NCBI GenBank assembly: GCA_030689665.1 | Contig: JAUYFS010000033.1 | Coordinates: 1-36,655, forward strand | Direction: 5' to 3' | Origin: a bacterium | GTDB taxonomy: Bacteria; Patescibacteriota; Minisyncoccia; Minisyncoccales; JAUYFS01 | DNA: 36,655 nt | Part shown: piece by piece, positions 15,622-25,174 of the stretch | Numbering within the stretch: position 1 is the stretch's first letter | Layout: every line of letters starts with the position of its first letter | Program-made: the position numbers and the translations under genes | The notes under the pieces: model-generated | Seen by the model: only the letters and a program-made list of their open reading frames with translations | The model's database searches: none | Told to the model about the DNA's origin: nothing

Positions 15622-16143
15622 ATGGAATATTCGGAAAAAGTTTTGGGACATTTTAAAAGACCAAGCAATTACGGAAGAATGAAAAATCCGGACGCGGTCG
15701 GAAAGGTTGGAAATATCGTTTGCGGAGATGTAATGTGGCTTTACATTAAGGTCGGAAAATCCGCCAGCGGGCGGAAAAAAGGCGAGGATTTTATAAAAGA
15801 CATAAAATTTGAAACATTTGGGTGTGTGGCAGCAATTGCTTCCAGCAGCGTTATCACTGATTTGGCAAAAGGGAAAACCCTAAGAGAAGCGCTGAAAATT
15901 TCCAAAGAAGATGTCTTGAAAAGTTTGAAAGGATTGCCGCCGATAAAGGTTCATTGCTCGCTTTTGTCTGTTGACGCTCTTTTTGACGCTATTTACAACT
16001 ATTTAAAAGCAAATAAAAAATTGATACCGCAAAATTTGGAAAAAAATCATTCAAGAACTCAAAAAGAAAAGGATTTAATAAAAGAAAAATACAAAAAGTG
16101 GGTTAAATTGGAAGAAACAATCTATAAAAAGGGAAAAATATAA
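15622..16143 (+). CDS. iscU: Fe-S scaffold IscU/NifU
   Basis: GNIVCGDVM, FETFGC, LPPIKVHCS. Confidence 0.93.
   Translation: MEYSEKVLGHFKRPSNYGRMKNPDAVGKVGNIVCGDVMWLYIKVGKSASGRKKGEDFIKDIKFETFGCVAAIASSSVITDLAKGKTLREALKISKEDVLKSLKGLPPIKVHCSLLSVDALFDAIYNYLKANKKLIPQNLEKNHSRTQKEKDLIKEKYKKWVKLEETIYKKGKI
15760..15775. repeat. Family E palindrome inside iscU coding sequence
   Basis: TCCGCC-AGCG-GGCGGA, same arms as intergenic 5507-5522; encodes SASGR. Confidence 0.7.
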
Positions 16144-16251
16144 GCAAAAATTTTTAAAGAAACAAATTCTTTGAAAAAATATTTGTTGAAAAGGGGTAGT
16201 TTGTGATAAAATAATTTAAATAAACTTGCAAATAATTTTAGCAACAAAAAA

Positions 16252-17262
16252 ATGGATTTATTTATAAAAATAATAAATCAACTGGACATTAAAAAGCAGT
16301 GCAAGAAATTTCAGCTCCCCTTGTACCAGTGCCCGCATTTTCTTTTTATTGTAATGGGCATTCTTATTATTGCGGCGATTTTAAGCACCTATTTTATCGG
16401 TTTAAGATATGTTGACGACCCCTTGCTGATTGTGCTGATTGTAATGGTTTTAACGGTCTTTCTTTTGCTTATTGCTTTTTTAATAAATAATTCTTTTGAA
16501 AAAGTGGCTGAGGTGGCGCAACTAAAAACAGAATTTATAAACATTGTTTCGCACCAATTAAAAACCCCGATTTTAAATTTAAATTGGGCAGCGGATATTC
16601 TTTTTTCAAAAGAGAAAGAAATCGCGCCCGAGAAAAAAGGTGAATTTGTTGAGATTATTCGCGAAAACATAAAAAGGATGAGAGAGTTGCTAAACGAATT
16701 GGTAATGGTTTCCAAAATAGAAAACGGCAGGCATATTTTAAATTTGGAAACAGTGAATATTTTGGATTTGTTCAATAATGTTGTTTCTTTTTTCAGGCCC
16801 TGCGCAACCAAAAAGAATGTGGCAATTAATTTTTACAGCGAAGGGGATTTTTCAAAAGACATAAAAATAGACCCCTTAAAACTTAAAATAATAATTGAAA
16901 ATCTGGTGGAAAACGCTGTCCGCTACACCAATTCCGGCGGCAGAATAGACATATTTTTAACGATACTTCCAAAAGAAAAAATAATTTTTAAAATTTCTGA
17001 CACTGGAATTGGAATTAAAAAAGATGATTACAAGATTATTTTTAAAAAATTTTGCCGTTCTGAAGAAGCCCAAAAAATAAAAACACAGGGATTGGGATTG
17101 GGTTTGTACATTGTGAAAACATACACAGAACAATTAGGCGGAAAGGTTTCTTTTTATTCAGAATATCAGAAAGGAACAACTTTTATTTTGGAATTTCCAG
17201 TTGCTTTTAAACAAGCCAAAAACTTGGAGCGGTTCACCCTCCCAAATTTTTGGCTAAAATAA
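16252..17262 (+). CDS. Sensor histidine kinase (2 TM, HisKA, HATPase)
   Basis: SHQLKTP H-box, NLVENAVRY, DTGIGI, GLGLGL, GTTF. Confidence 0.93.
   Translation: MDLFIKIINQLDIKKQCKKFQLPLYQCPHFLFIVMGILIIAAILSTYFIGLRYVDDPLLIVLIVMVLTVFLLLIAFLINNSFEKVAEVAQLKTEFINIVSHQLKTPILNLNWAADILFSKEKEIAPEKKGEFVEIIRENIKRMRELLNELVMVSKIENGRHILNLETVNILDLFNNVVSFFRPCATKKNVAINFYSEGDFSKDIKIDPLKLKIIIENLVENAVRYTNSGGRIDIFLTILPKEKIIFKISDTGIGIKKDDYKIIFKKFCRSEEAQKIKTQGLGLGLYIVKTYTEQLGGKVSFYSEYQKGTTFILEFPVAFKQAKNLERFTLPNFWLK
17209..17233. repeat. Orphan right arm of a family A variant, inside the kinase 3' end
   Basis: AAACAAGCCAAAAACTTGGAGCGGT; its reverse complement matches the A8 left arm. Confidence 0.75.
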
Positions 17263-17352
17263 TTAGAATTGACAGCGATAATTTAAATAAATGGGTGATA
17301 TCAATATTTCAACAATTTATTATCAAACAAGCCAAAAACTTGGGAGGGTAAA
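17233..17352. repeat. Family A element, long form (A4)
   Basis: Core 17236-17349 (114 bp); 110/114 identical to A7 by hand comparison. Confidence 0.93.
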
Positions 17353-17366
17353 GGTCATTTTAAAAA

Positions 17367-17421
17367 TTCACCCTGTTAAATTGCCTTTGGCAGTATTTAA
17401 CAGGACATTTAACAGGGTAAA
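17367..17421. repeat. Family C element (C2)
   Basis: TTCACCCTGTTAAAT ... ATTTAACAGGGTAAA, with an internal second ATTTAACAGG arm and a TGCC-TTT-GGCA hairpin. Confidence 0.85.
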
Positions 17422-17426
17422 AAATT

Positions 17427-17798
17427 ATGAAAAATAAAATTTTATTTATTGAAGATGAGAGAGCATTGCATAAATCATTAAAAGAAATTTTAGAAATTGA
17501 AAATATTGAACTTATATCTGCCTTTGACGGAGAAGAGGGTTTGAAAAAAGTTCAAGAAGAAAGGCCGGATTTGATTCTTTTGGATTTAATTCTTCCCAAG
17601 CTTCATGGTTTTGATGTTTTAAAAAAAATCAAAGAAGACAAAGAGCTTCAGGAAATTCCCTTGATTATTTTGACCAATCTTGAGGATATCAATGAAGTGG
17701 AAAAGGTGCTTGAATTGGGAGTAACGACATATTTGTCAAAATCGTCATACACATTAATGGAAATAGTTAAAAAAATAAAAGAGATTTTGAATCCTTAA
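17427..17798 (+). CDS. Single-domain response regulator (receiver only)
   Basis: IEDE, DLILLDLILP, LTN, YLSK; 123 aa with no output domain. Confidence 0.92.
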   Translation: MKNKILFIEDERALHKSLKEILEIENIELISAFDGEEGLKKVQEERPDLILLDLILPKLHGFDVLKKIKEDKELQEIPLIILTNLEDINEVEKVLELGVTTYLSKSSYTLMEIVKKIKEILNP

Positions 17799-17807
17799 TT
17801 CTTTTTT

Positions 17808-19559
17808 ATGAAAATTGAAACAAAACAGCTAAAAGCTTTTATTTTAGATTCTAATTTGGCGAAAGAAGAAGACCTGGAAAACGCCCTGAAAGAAGCCATA
17901 GAAAAAAATCTTAAATTTGAGGATGTTTTAATCAATAAAAATTTAATTTCAAAAAAGGACCTATCCAAACTCAAGGCCTATATTTTAGGGATTCCTTACG
18001 TTAATTTGGAAAAAGAAACAGTTGAACCGGAAATTTTAAAAATTATTCCAGAGCCGATTGCCCGTTCCAATAATATAATCGCTTTCAGAAAAAGAGGCAG
18101 AAATTTGGAGGTAGCCATGGTTGACCCGGCAGATTTAAGGACCATAGATTTCATAAGGAAAACAGCCAACCTAAAAATATTGCCGCGTTTGACTGACGAT
18201 GAAAGCATAAAATCAGTTTTAAAACAATACCAAAAAAGTTTGGAAACTGAATTTAAAGACCTGATTGACCAAAAAGGCGAGGAAGTTAAAATTACCGCTA
18301 TTGAAGAACTAGCTGATAACGGCGAAGAAAATTTAAAAAAAGCGGCAAAAGAAATTCCCATAATAAGAATTGTGGATACTTTGCTTAAACACGCGATTAT
18401 CCAGAGGGCGTCTGACATTCATATTGAGCCGCAGGAAAAAGAAGTTGTTGTTCGTTATAGGATAGACGGGGTTTTAAGAGACGCGATGATTTTGCCGAAA
18501 CAGGTCCAAGAGGGAATTGTTGCCAGAATCAAGGTTTTGTCAAAATTAAAATTGGACGAGCACAGATTGCCTCAAGACGGCCGTTTCAAAATTGAAACCG
18601 GCGACTACAAATATTCAATCAGGGTTTCAATTTTGCCGATTTTTGACGGAGAAAAAGTCGTTATGAGGCTGTTGTCGGAAAGCAACAAAGGATTTACTTT
18701 GGAAGATATTGGTTTTTCCGGAAATTCTTTGGAATTGGTTCATGAAAATATAAAAAAACCAGTTGGCATGATTTTAATCACAGGACCGACCGGCTCTGGA
18801 AAAACAACAACGCTTTACACGATTTTAGAAATTTTAAATACCCCGGAAGTGAATATTTCCACTATTGAAGACCCGATTGAATACCGAATGTCAAGAATTA
18901 ACCAGACCCAAGTAAATCCTAAAATAAATTTGACCTTTTCAAGCGGATTGCGTTCTTTGGTAAGGCAAGACCCTGACATTATTATGGTCGGAGAAATCAG
19001 AGATAACGAAACCGCGTCTTTATCCATAAACGCGGCATTGACAGGGCACTTGGTTCTTTCCACGCTTCACACCAACTCAGCGGCAGGCGCGATTCCAAGA
19101 TTATTGGATATGGAGGTTGAGCCGTTTCTTTTGTCTTCAACCTTGAATTTAATAGTGGCGCAAAGATTGGTCAGGAGGTTATGCGAGGAAAAAATTCCTT
19201 ATAAATTAAATCAAGCGCAAACTAAAAATCTGGACAATTACTGCAATTTAAAAAATTTAGAGAAAGCTCTTAAAGAAGAAAAAATAATAGGACCTAAGGA
19301 GGGAATTGAAGATGCCACATTTTATAAGCCGAAAATCACCAAGGATTGTTCAGAGGGTTACAGGGGGAGAATCGGGATTTTTGAGGCCATGAGGGTTTCT
19401 GAAATCATAAAAGAAATGATTGTTAAAAGCGCCACCAGCGACAATATCCAAGACCAAGCGCAAAAAGAAGGGATGACTTTGATGGTTGAAGATGGTTTGG
19501 TTAAAGCTGCCCGCGGCTTCACGACGATTGAAGAAGTATTAAGAGTGATAACTGAGTAA
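17808..19559 (+). CDS. pilB: Type IV pilus assembly ATPase PilB/GspE
   Basis: ASDIHIEP, RLPQDGR, GPTGSGKTTT, TIEDPIE, RQDPDIIMVGEIRD, TGHLVLSTLH. Confidence 0.95.
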   Translation: MKIETKQLKAFILDSNLAKEEDLENALKEAIEKNLKFEDVLINKNLISKKDLSKLKAYILGIPYVNLEKETVEPEILKIIPEPIARSNNIIAFRKRGRNLEVAMVDPADLRTIDFIRKTANLKILPRLTDDESIKSVLKQYQKSLETEFKDLIDQKGEEVKITAIEELADNGEENLKKAAKEIPIIRIVDTLLKHAIIQRASDIHIEPQEKEVVVRYRIDGVLRDAMILPKQVQEGIVARIKVLSKLKLDEHRLPQDGRFKIETGDYKYSIRVSILPIFDGEKVVMRLLSESNKGFTLEDIGFSGNSLELVHENIKKPVGMILITGPTGSGKTTTLYTILEILNTPEVNISTIEDPIEYRMSRINQTQVNPKINLTFSSGLRSLVRQDPDIIMVGEIRDNETASLSINAALTGHLVLSTLHTNSAAGAIPRLLDMEVEPFLLSSTLNLIVAQRLVRRLCEEKIPYKLNQAQTKNLDNYCNLKNLEKALKEEKIIGPKEGIEDATFYKPKITKDCSEGYRGRIGIFEAMRVSEIIKEMIVKSATSDNIQDQAQKEGMTLMVEDGLVKAARGFTTIEEVLRVITE

Positions 19560-19563
19560 ATTT

Positions 19564-20787
19564 ATGCCTTTATTTCATTACGAAGCAAAAGATATAAATA
19601 ACAATTTAAGAAAGGGCTATTTGGAGGCAAAAGACAAAATAGATTTAGCCAAAAGGCTTCATAATGAGGGATTTTTTTTAATTGACGCTTTTAGCGACAA
19701 AGAAAAAAGCGGAGAAAAATTCGTGAATTTTTCCTCAATTCGGGAAATTTTTGGGATTTCAATAAAAGAAAAACTATTTTTTTTCAGAAATCTTCAAGTA
19801 ATGGTTTCGGCTGGAATTGCTTTGCCGAGAAGCATAAGAACCTTGGCAGAACAAACCAAAAATAATAAATTCAAAAAAGCTCTTTTACAAACAGAGGAAA
19901 ATCTTTTGAAAGGATTTAGTTTATCCCAGAGTTTTTCTTATTTCCCGGAAATTTTTCCTCCTTTAATAATAAATATGGTTAAGGTTGGGGAGGAATCAGG
20001 AACATTAGAAACAATTCTGGCAAATTTGACTGAACACTTGGAAAAACAAAATCAGCTGAAAAATAGAATAATCGGAGCTTTAATGTACCCCTCAATTATT
20101 ATTTTAGCGATGATTGGCATTGGAATTTTGATGCTGATTATAGTTGTTCCCAAACTTGCCGAAACATTTGAAGAATTGGGAATTGAGTTGCCAATAACAA
20201 CCAGAATTGTCATTTTCGCCGGGTACTCGCTTCTCAATTATTGGTATTTAATTTTGTTTTTATTGGTTGTCGTTGTTTTTCTTTTTCGCCGTTTGCTGAA
20301 AACAACGGGAGGAAAGGATTTTATAGACGAGATTGTGCTGAAAATTCCTGTTTTGGGCGAACTTTTAAAAAAATATTACACAGTTGAGATAATAAGAACC
20401 CTTTCTATTTTGATGAGAAGCGGCGTGCCGATTTTAAATTCTTTGGAAATAGCGGGAAATGTTGCTCTGAACAAGCATTTTAAAGATTCATTGGAAGAGG
20501 CGAAAAAAGAAGTAAAAAAGGGAGGCTCTTTGTCGGCAGCTTTAAAAAAGAGCTCTGAATTTTACTCGGATACGACAATTGAAATGTTTTTAGTTGGCGA
20601 AGAAACCGGACAAACCGGGCAAATTTTAGAAAAGCTGACGGCTTTTTACGACGACGAAATAGCCCAGACGACCCAAAACCTTTCTTCAATAATTGAGCCG
20701 ATTTTAATGATTATTATCGGCGCGGCCATAGGATTTTTCGCCGTTGCTATGGTTCAACCTATGTATTCAATGTTGGGTTCCATATAA
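19564..20787 (+). CDS. pilC: Type IV pilus platform protein PilC/GspF
   Basis: Two T2SSF domains (GEESGTL, GEETG), ALMYP, IIEP; follows pilB. Confidence 0.95.
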   Translation: MPLFHYEAKDINNNLRKGYLEAKDKIDLAKRLHNEGFFLIDAFSDKEKSGEKFVNFSSIREIFGISIKEKLFFFRNLQVMVSAGIALPRSIRTLAEQTKNNKFKKALLQTEENLLKGFSLSQSFSYFPEIFPPLIINMVKVGEESGTLETILANLTEHLEKQNQLKNRIIGALMYPSIIILAMIGIGILMLIIVVPKLAETFEELGIELPITTRIVIFAGYSLLNYWYLILFLLVVVVFLFRRLLKTTGGKDFIDEIVLKIPVLGELLKKYYTVEIIRTLSILMRSGVPILNSLEIAGNVALNKHFKDSLEEAKKEVKKGGSLSAALKKSSEFYSDTTIEMFLVGEETGQTGQILEKLTAFYDDEIAQTTQNLSSIIEPILMIIIGAAIGFFAVAMVQPMYSMLGSI

Positions 20788-20791
20788 AACA

Positions 20792-21691
20792 ATGAACTTC
20801 AAAAGAAAAACTAAAACAGGTTTTACCCTGATTGAATTATTAATAGTTGTTGCAATAATTTTTATTGTTTTTGCCTTGTCTGTTGTTTCCTTCAGGTTTT
20901 ATGAAAAAAAATCAACTCTTAACAATACCGTGAAAGAAATAGTCGCTGTTTTAAAATCAGCTCAAAACAAAACTCTGGCTTCAGAGGGAAATAGCAAATG
21001 GGGAGTTTATTTTGATTCGGGACAAAATAGATTTATTTTATTTAAGGGCAGCGAATACAATCCGGAAGGAGCTGAAAACGAAATAAACGAAATTTCAGAA
21101 AGAATTGAAATTAGCGCTTTAGATTTGGCTGGCGGAGAAAATAAAATCGTTTTTAAGCGTTTAACAGGAGAAACAGACCAGTTTGGAAGCGTTTCTCTAA
21201 GATTAAAAGAAAACCCAGCGGAAATTAAAACAATTTATATTGAAAATTCCGGGCAAATTTTCTCCAGCTTGCCGGTAAATCCCGATGACGAAAGCAGAGT
21301 AAGAGATTCAAGGCATTTTCATTTTGATTTGGGCTGGAGCATTCAGAACGCAACAACTTTAAAATTTAATTTTATTGACAGCGGGCAAATTAAAACTCAA
21401 GATATGGTTGCTTTTTTCAACGGAGATAAAACTGAGTTTAATTGGAATAACGAGGAAGAGCCTTTTGTGATTGACGAGGCAAATCAAATTTTTAAAATCC
21501 ATACCCATTATTTGGACGGGGCAAACACGGTTCTTTGCATTCATAGAGAAAGAGGCGAAAACCAAAATAATCAGGAGGTTTTTATTTACATAGTTGATGG
21601 CGGCGTGGACAAGGAAATTGCTCATTATTTTGCCGACAGCGGCGATTCCATTGCAAAAGGTTTTTATGTTTCCAGTTTTGAACCCCAATAA
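20792..21691 (+). CDS. Pilin-like protein (FimT/GspH-like N-terminus, long C-terminal domain)
   Basis: MNFKRKTKTG|FTLIELL class III signal; start reassigned to ATG 20792. Confidence 0.88.
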   Translation: MNFKRKTKTGFTLIELLIVVAIIFIVFALSVVSFRFYEKKSTLNNTVKEIVAVLKSAQNKTLASEGNSKWGVYFDSGQNRFILFKGSEYNPEGAENEINEISERIEISALDLAGGENKIVFKRLTGETDQFGSVSLRLKENPAEIKTIYIENSGQIFSSLPVNPDDESRVRDSRHFHFDLGWSIQNATTLKFNFIDSGQIKTQDMVAFFNGDKTEFNWNNEEEPFVIDEANQIFKIHTHYLDGANTVLCIHRERGENQNNQEVFIYIVDGGVDKEIAHYFADSGDSIAKGFYVSSFEPQ

Positions 21692-21692
21692 A

Positions 21693-22184
21693 ATGACCAA
21701 AAACAAAGGTTTCACAATTATAGAAATTTTAATCGTCATAACAATTGCGGGAATTTCATTTTCCGCGCTTCTGGGTTTAGCGGCCTTTTCTCTAAAAAAT
21801 TCAGTGCTGATAAAAGAAACCTATCAAGCCAATTATTTAGCCCAAGAAATGCTTGAAATCGCAAGAAATTTGCGCGACGGCACTGATTGGGGAACGGGCG
21901 GGATTGGTTCTTTTAGCGCTGATGTTGCTTTTCATCCAGAAAAAACCGCAGCAAGTCCTCCGAAATGGCAACTAATCTCCGGGACAGAAACAACAGGAAT
22001 TTTTTCCAGAAACTTGGTTTTTAAAAGGGTTTCCAGAGACGCCAATGACAATATTGAAGAGGTTTTTAATCCAGCCAACGAAGATGCAAATACCAGAAAA
22101 GCGATTGCAACCGCTTCCTGGAATAAACGGGGGATAGTTCATAAGGTTGAACTGTTTTTATATTTAACCAACTGGAAACAATAA
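21693..22184 (+). CDS. Minor pilin (PilV-like)
   Basis: MTKNKG|FTIIEIL; start reassigned to ATG 21693. Confidence 0.88.
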   Translation: MTKNKGFTIIEILIVITIAGISFSALLGLAAFSLKNSVLIKETYQANYLAQEMLEIARNLRDGTDWGTGGIGSFSADVAFHPEKTAASPPKWQLISGTETTGIFSRNLVFKRVSRDANDNIEEVFNPANEDANTRKAIATASWNKRGIVHKVELFLYLTNWKQ

Positions 22185-22185
22185 A

Positions 22186-22731
22186 ATGTTTTTAAAATTT
22201 TACAAAAATAACAGGGGATTCGCGTTGATAGAGGCCTTGATTTATGTCGCGGTTTTGTCAGTGATTATTTTGGTTATTTCCACATTTTTTCTTTGGGTTA
22301 ATAAAGCAAGCATTAAAGCAACGGTAATGGAAGAAACCCTAAATAACGCTAATAAAGCAATGGAGATGATTGTTTATGAAATAAAAACTTGCCAAGAAAT
22401 TTATCAGCCAACCTCGGTTTTTTCCAATGATAATGGCCAGCTTTCTTTAAAAACAAATGAGTTTAAGCCAGATGGCGAAAGCGCGACAATTATTGATTTT
22501 TTTATCTGCAACGACAGCAGAATTTGTTTGAAGAAAGAATCCCAAAATCCGATTTTTTTGACCTCGGGAAGCGTTAATGTTGAAAAATTAAAATTTGATT
22601 TGGTTTTCAATGATGATTTGGAGCCGTCTGTGTCAATAGATTTGCAGGTTGATTACGATAATCCATTAGAAAAACCTGAATATCAGCATTCGGTTAATTT
22701 AAAAACAACAACAACCCTAAGAAATTATTAA
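22186..22731 (+). CDS. Minor pilin (PilW-like)
   Basis: NNRG|FALIEAL class III signal. Confidence 0.88.
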   Translation: MFLKFYKNNRGFALIEALIYVAVLSVIILVISTFFLWVNKASIKATVMEETLNNANKAMEMIVYEIKTCQEIYQPTSVFSNDNGQLSLKTNEFKPDGESATIIDFFICNDSRICLKKESQNPIFLTSGSVNVEKLKFDLVFNDDLEPSVSIDLQVDYDNPLEKPEYQHSVNLKTTTTLRNY

Positions 22732-22739
22732 AATCCAAA

Positions 22740-23999
22740 ATGTTTTCATTAAAAAATTTTAAAAAATTGAATTCTGGCTTTGCGGCTTTTTACTCTTTGA
22801 TTTTGATATTGGGAATTGTTTGCGCGACAACAGCGAGCATTTCTTTTGTTGTAAATAAGCAGCAAAAAGCAATAAAAAATGTTGTTCGTTCCTCTCAATC
22901 TTACTATTCCACTGAAGCGGGAGTGGAAGATGCTCTTTTGAGGTTAGTCACAGGTAAAAAATGGTCAAACCCTATCCTCTTAGAAGTGGGAACAGGGCTT
23001 GCTTCAACCACTATTTCTGATGATATTGGCGGGCAAAGAAATATCATTTCTCAAGGCAATGTTTCTGATCGGATTAGAAAAATAGAAGTAATCTCTAGAA
23101 TTTCTGTTGAGGAGGAGAATTTTTATTATGCCGCCCAGGTTGGAGATAATGGGATAGTAATGCAAAATAATAGCCAGATTAGGGGCAATGTTTTTTCCAA
23201 TGGAAGCATTTTGGCTAGTGGTTTGGCTTCAGCAACAGGGACAGTGATTGTGGCCAAAGACGAAAATCAAATCTCAGGATTGGAAGTAGGAAAGAATGCC
23301 AAAGTTTATACCTGTCAAAATTCAGAGATCAAAAGTACTTTAACTTGTGTCATAAATAAGGGATGCACTGCTCAAACCATAGAAGCTCTCACTGAAGAAA
23401 TTTCTCCACTCAATCCGCCAATCTCAACTTTAACTATTCAAGGGTGGAAAAAAGAAGCTAGTGACGGAGGAACAATCGGATATCTGCATTTATCTGGTAG
23501 TCAAACTTTGAGCTTAGGGCCAAAAAAAATTGAGGGAAATCTTTTACTGGAAAACCAGGCTAAATTAACAATAACTGGAACAATCTGGGTTACTGGAGAT
23601 ATCCATTTACAAAATAGCGCTATTTTAGAATTAGCTTCTGACTATGGGTCAAATAGCGGAGTAATTATTACCGATGAAGAAATTTTGTTAGAAAATAATG
23701 TCATTACTCGAGGTTCCAGTCAGAAAGAAAGCTATTTGATGTTATTGAGCACCAGTCCTTCTTTAGAACTCGGTGATCCGGCCATTGAGATGAAAAACAA
23801 TGCCCAATCCGATATTCTTTATACCTCCAGGGGAGCAATTAGTTTAATTAACAGCGCTAACCTAAGAAGTATTTATGCGACTAAACTTTTCCTTCAAAAC
23901 AATGTAGTTTTATCTTATGAGGTTGGCCTAGAAAGTGTTGAATTTTTTTCCGGGCCAAGTAGGGGATGGAAGGTAATTAGTTGGAAAGAAATTGAGTGA
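22740..23999 (+). CDS. PilX-like minor pilin with large beta-rich C-terminal domain
   Basis: NSG|FAAFY without Glu5, SYYSTEAGVEDAL PilX-type motif, ends SWKEIE. Confidence 0.8.
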   Translation: MFSLKNFKKLNSGFAAFYSLILILGIVCATTASISFVVNKQQKAIKNVVRSSQSYYSTEAGVEDALLRLVTGKKWSNPILLEVGTGLASTTISDDIGGQRNIISQGNVSDRIRKIEVISRISVEEENFYYAAQVGDNGIVMQNNSQIRGNVFSNGSILASGLASATGTVIVAKDENQISGLEVGKNAKVYTCQNSEIKSTLTCVINKGCTAQTIEALTEEISPLNPPISTLTIQGWKKEASDGGTIGYLHLSGSQTLSLGPKKIEGNLLLENQAKLTITGTIWVTGDIHLQNSAILELASDYGSNSGVIITDEEILLENNVITRGSSQKESYLMLLSTSPSLELGDPAIEMKNNAQSDILYTSRGAISLINSANLRSIYATKLFLQNNVVLSYEVGLESVEFFSGPSRGWKVISWKEIE

Positions 24000-24040
24000 T
24001 TTTGTTTATCAAATATTTTTTAAGTGATATAATTTATAAA

Positions 24041-25174
24041 ATGTTTAATATATTTAATCTTGACCCGGAATTTTTTTCTTTGGATATTTCGGAGGACTCC
24101 GTAAAGTTTTTAGATATTGAAAAAAGCAACGACAAAATAATCGGAGTGCAAGTTAAAAATTTAATAAGCCAGAGGCCGTTGATAAAAGACGGAAATATTG
24201 TTGATGAAAAAGCACTTTTGGGAGTTTTATTAAAAATAAGGGAAATGACAAAAAAAAATTATTTGGCTTTTGCTCTTCCCGAAGAAAAAAGCTTTCTTCA
24301 AATGATAAAAATTCCAAAGGTGGAAAAAAGCAAAATTGAAGAATTGGTTTATTATGAGGTGGAAAACTACATTCCTCTTTCCATAAAAGATGTTTATGTT
24401 GATTTTCAAAAAGTGGAATCCCTGGCAAAACAAGACCTTAATCACATTAATGTTTTATTGGTCGCAGTTTCCAAAAATTTTGTTAATTCTTTCAGTCAAA
24501 TTGTGAAACAAGCCGGCTTCCGTTCCTTCGCTTTTGAAACAGAGTCCTTATCCATTGCCAGAGCTGTGGTTCCCGGCCAAATGACCCATAACCCGCTTCT
24601 TATAATTGACCTGGGAAAGGTTAAAAGCAGATTTATTATATTTTCAGGAAATAGCGTGAGGTTCAGTTCCTCGGTAAGCGTTTCTTCAAATGATTTCACC
24701 AGAAAAATCGCCAAAGAATTTAATTTAAACCCTGAAGAAGCAGAGGCGGAAAAAATAAAAAATGGCATAGAGTTTCAAGAAGTTCTTCATTTGGAAGGAA
24801 CTGCCGATGGCTTTAAAAAAGAAACAATAACCAACAAAACGATTTTTAATTCAACCAAGGGCTGTTTTATGAATTTAGTCAATGAAATTCAGGGGCATTT
24901 AGATTATTATTATTCCCATGATTTTTGCGAAAATTTGCCCAATGAGAACAGAAAAATCAACGAAATCATACTTTGCGGCGGCGGCGCTTATTTAAAAGGA
25001 TTGCCTGAGTTTTTAGAAAAGTCCTTTCATATGGAAGTAAAACTTGGAGATCCTTTGGTCAATTTTAATTCCCATGACAGAAAAATTTTAAGCAATTATT
25101 TAGGCAAAGAAAATTCATTGTTTTTTACCACCACACTGGGCCTTACTTTAAGGAATTTATATTCTAAAACATGA
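24041..25174 (+). CDS. pilM: Type IV pilus assembly protein PilM
   Basis: LDISEDSVK, IIDLG, LCGGGAYLKGL actin-like motifs; start reassigned to ATG 24041. Confidence 0.9.
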   Translation: MFNIFNLDPEFFSLDISEDSVKFLDIEKSNDKIIGVQVKNLISQRPLIKDGNIVDEKALLGVLLKIREMTKKNYLAFALPEEKSFLQMIKIPKVEKSKIEELVYYEVENYIPLSIKDVYVDFQKVESLAKQDLNHINVLLVAVSKNFVNSFSQIVKQAGFRSFAFETESLSIARAVVPGQMTHNPLLIIDLGKVKSRFIIFSGNSVRFSSSVSVSSNDFTRKIAKEFNLNPEEAEAEKIKNGIEFQEVLHLEGTADGFKKETITNKTIFNSTKGCFMNLVNEIQGHLDYYYSHDFCENLPNENRKINEIILCGGGAYLKGLPEFLEKSFHMEVKLGDPLVNFNSHDRKILSNYLGKENSLFFTTTLGLTLRNLYSKT

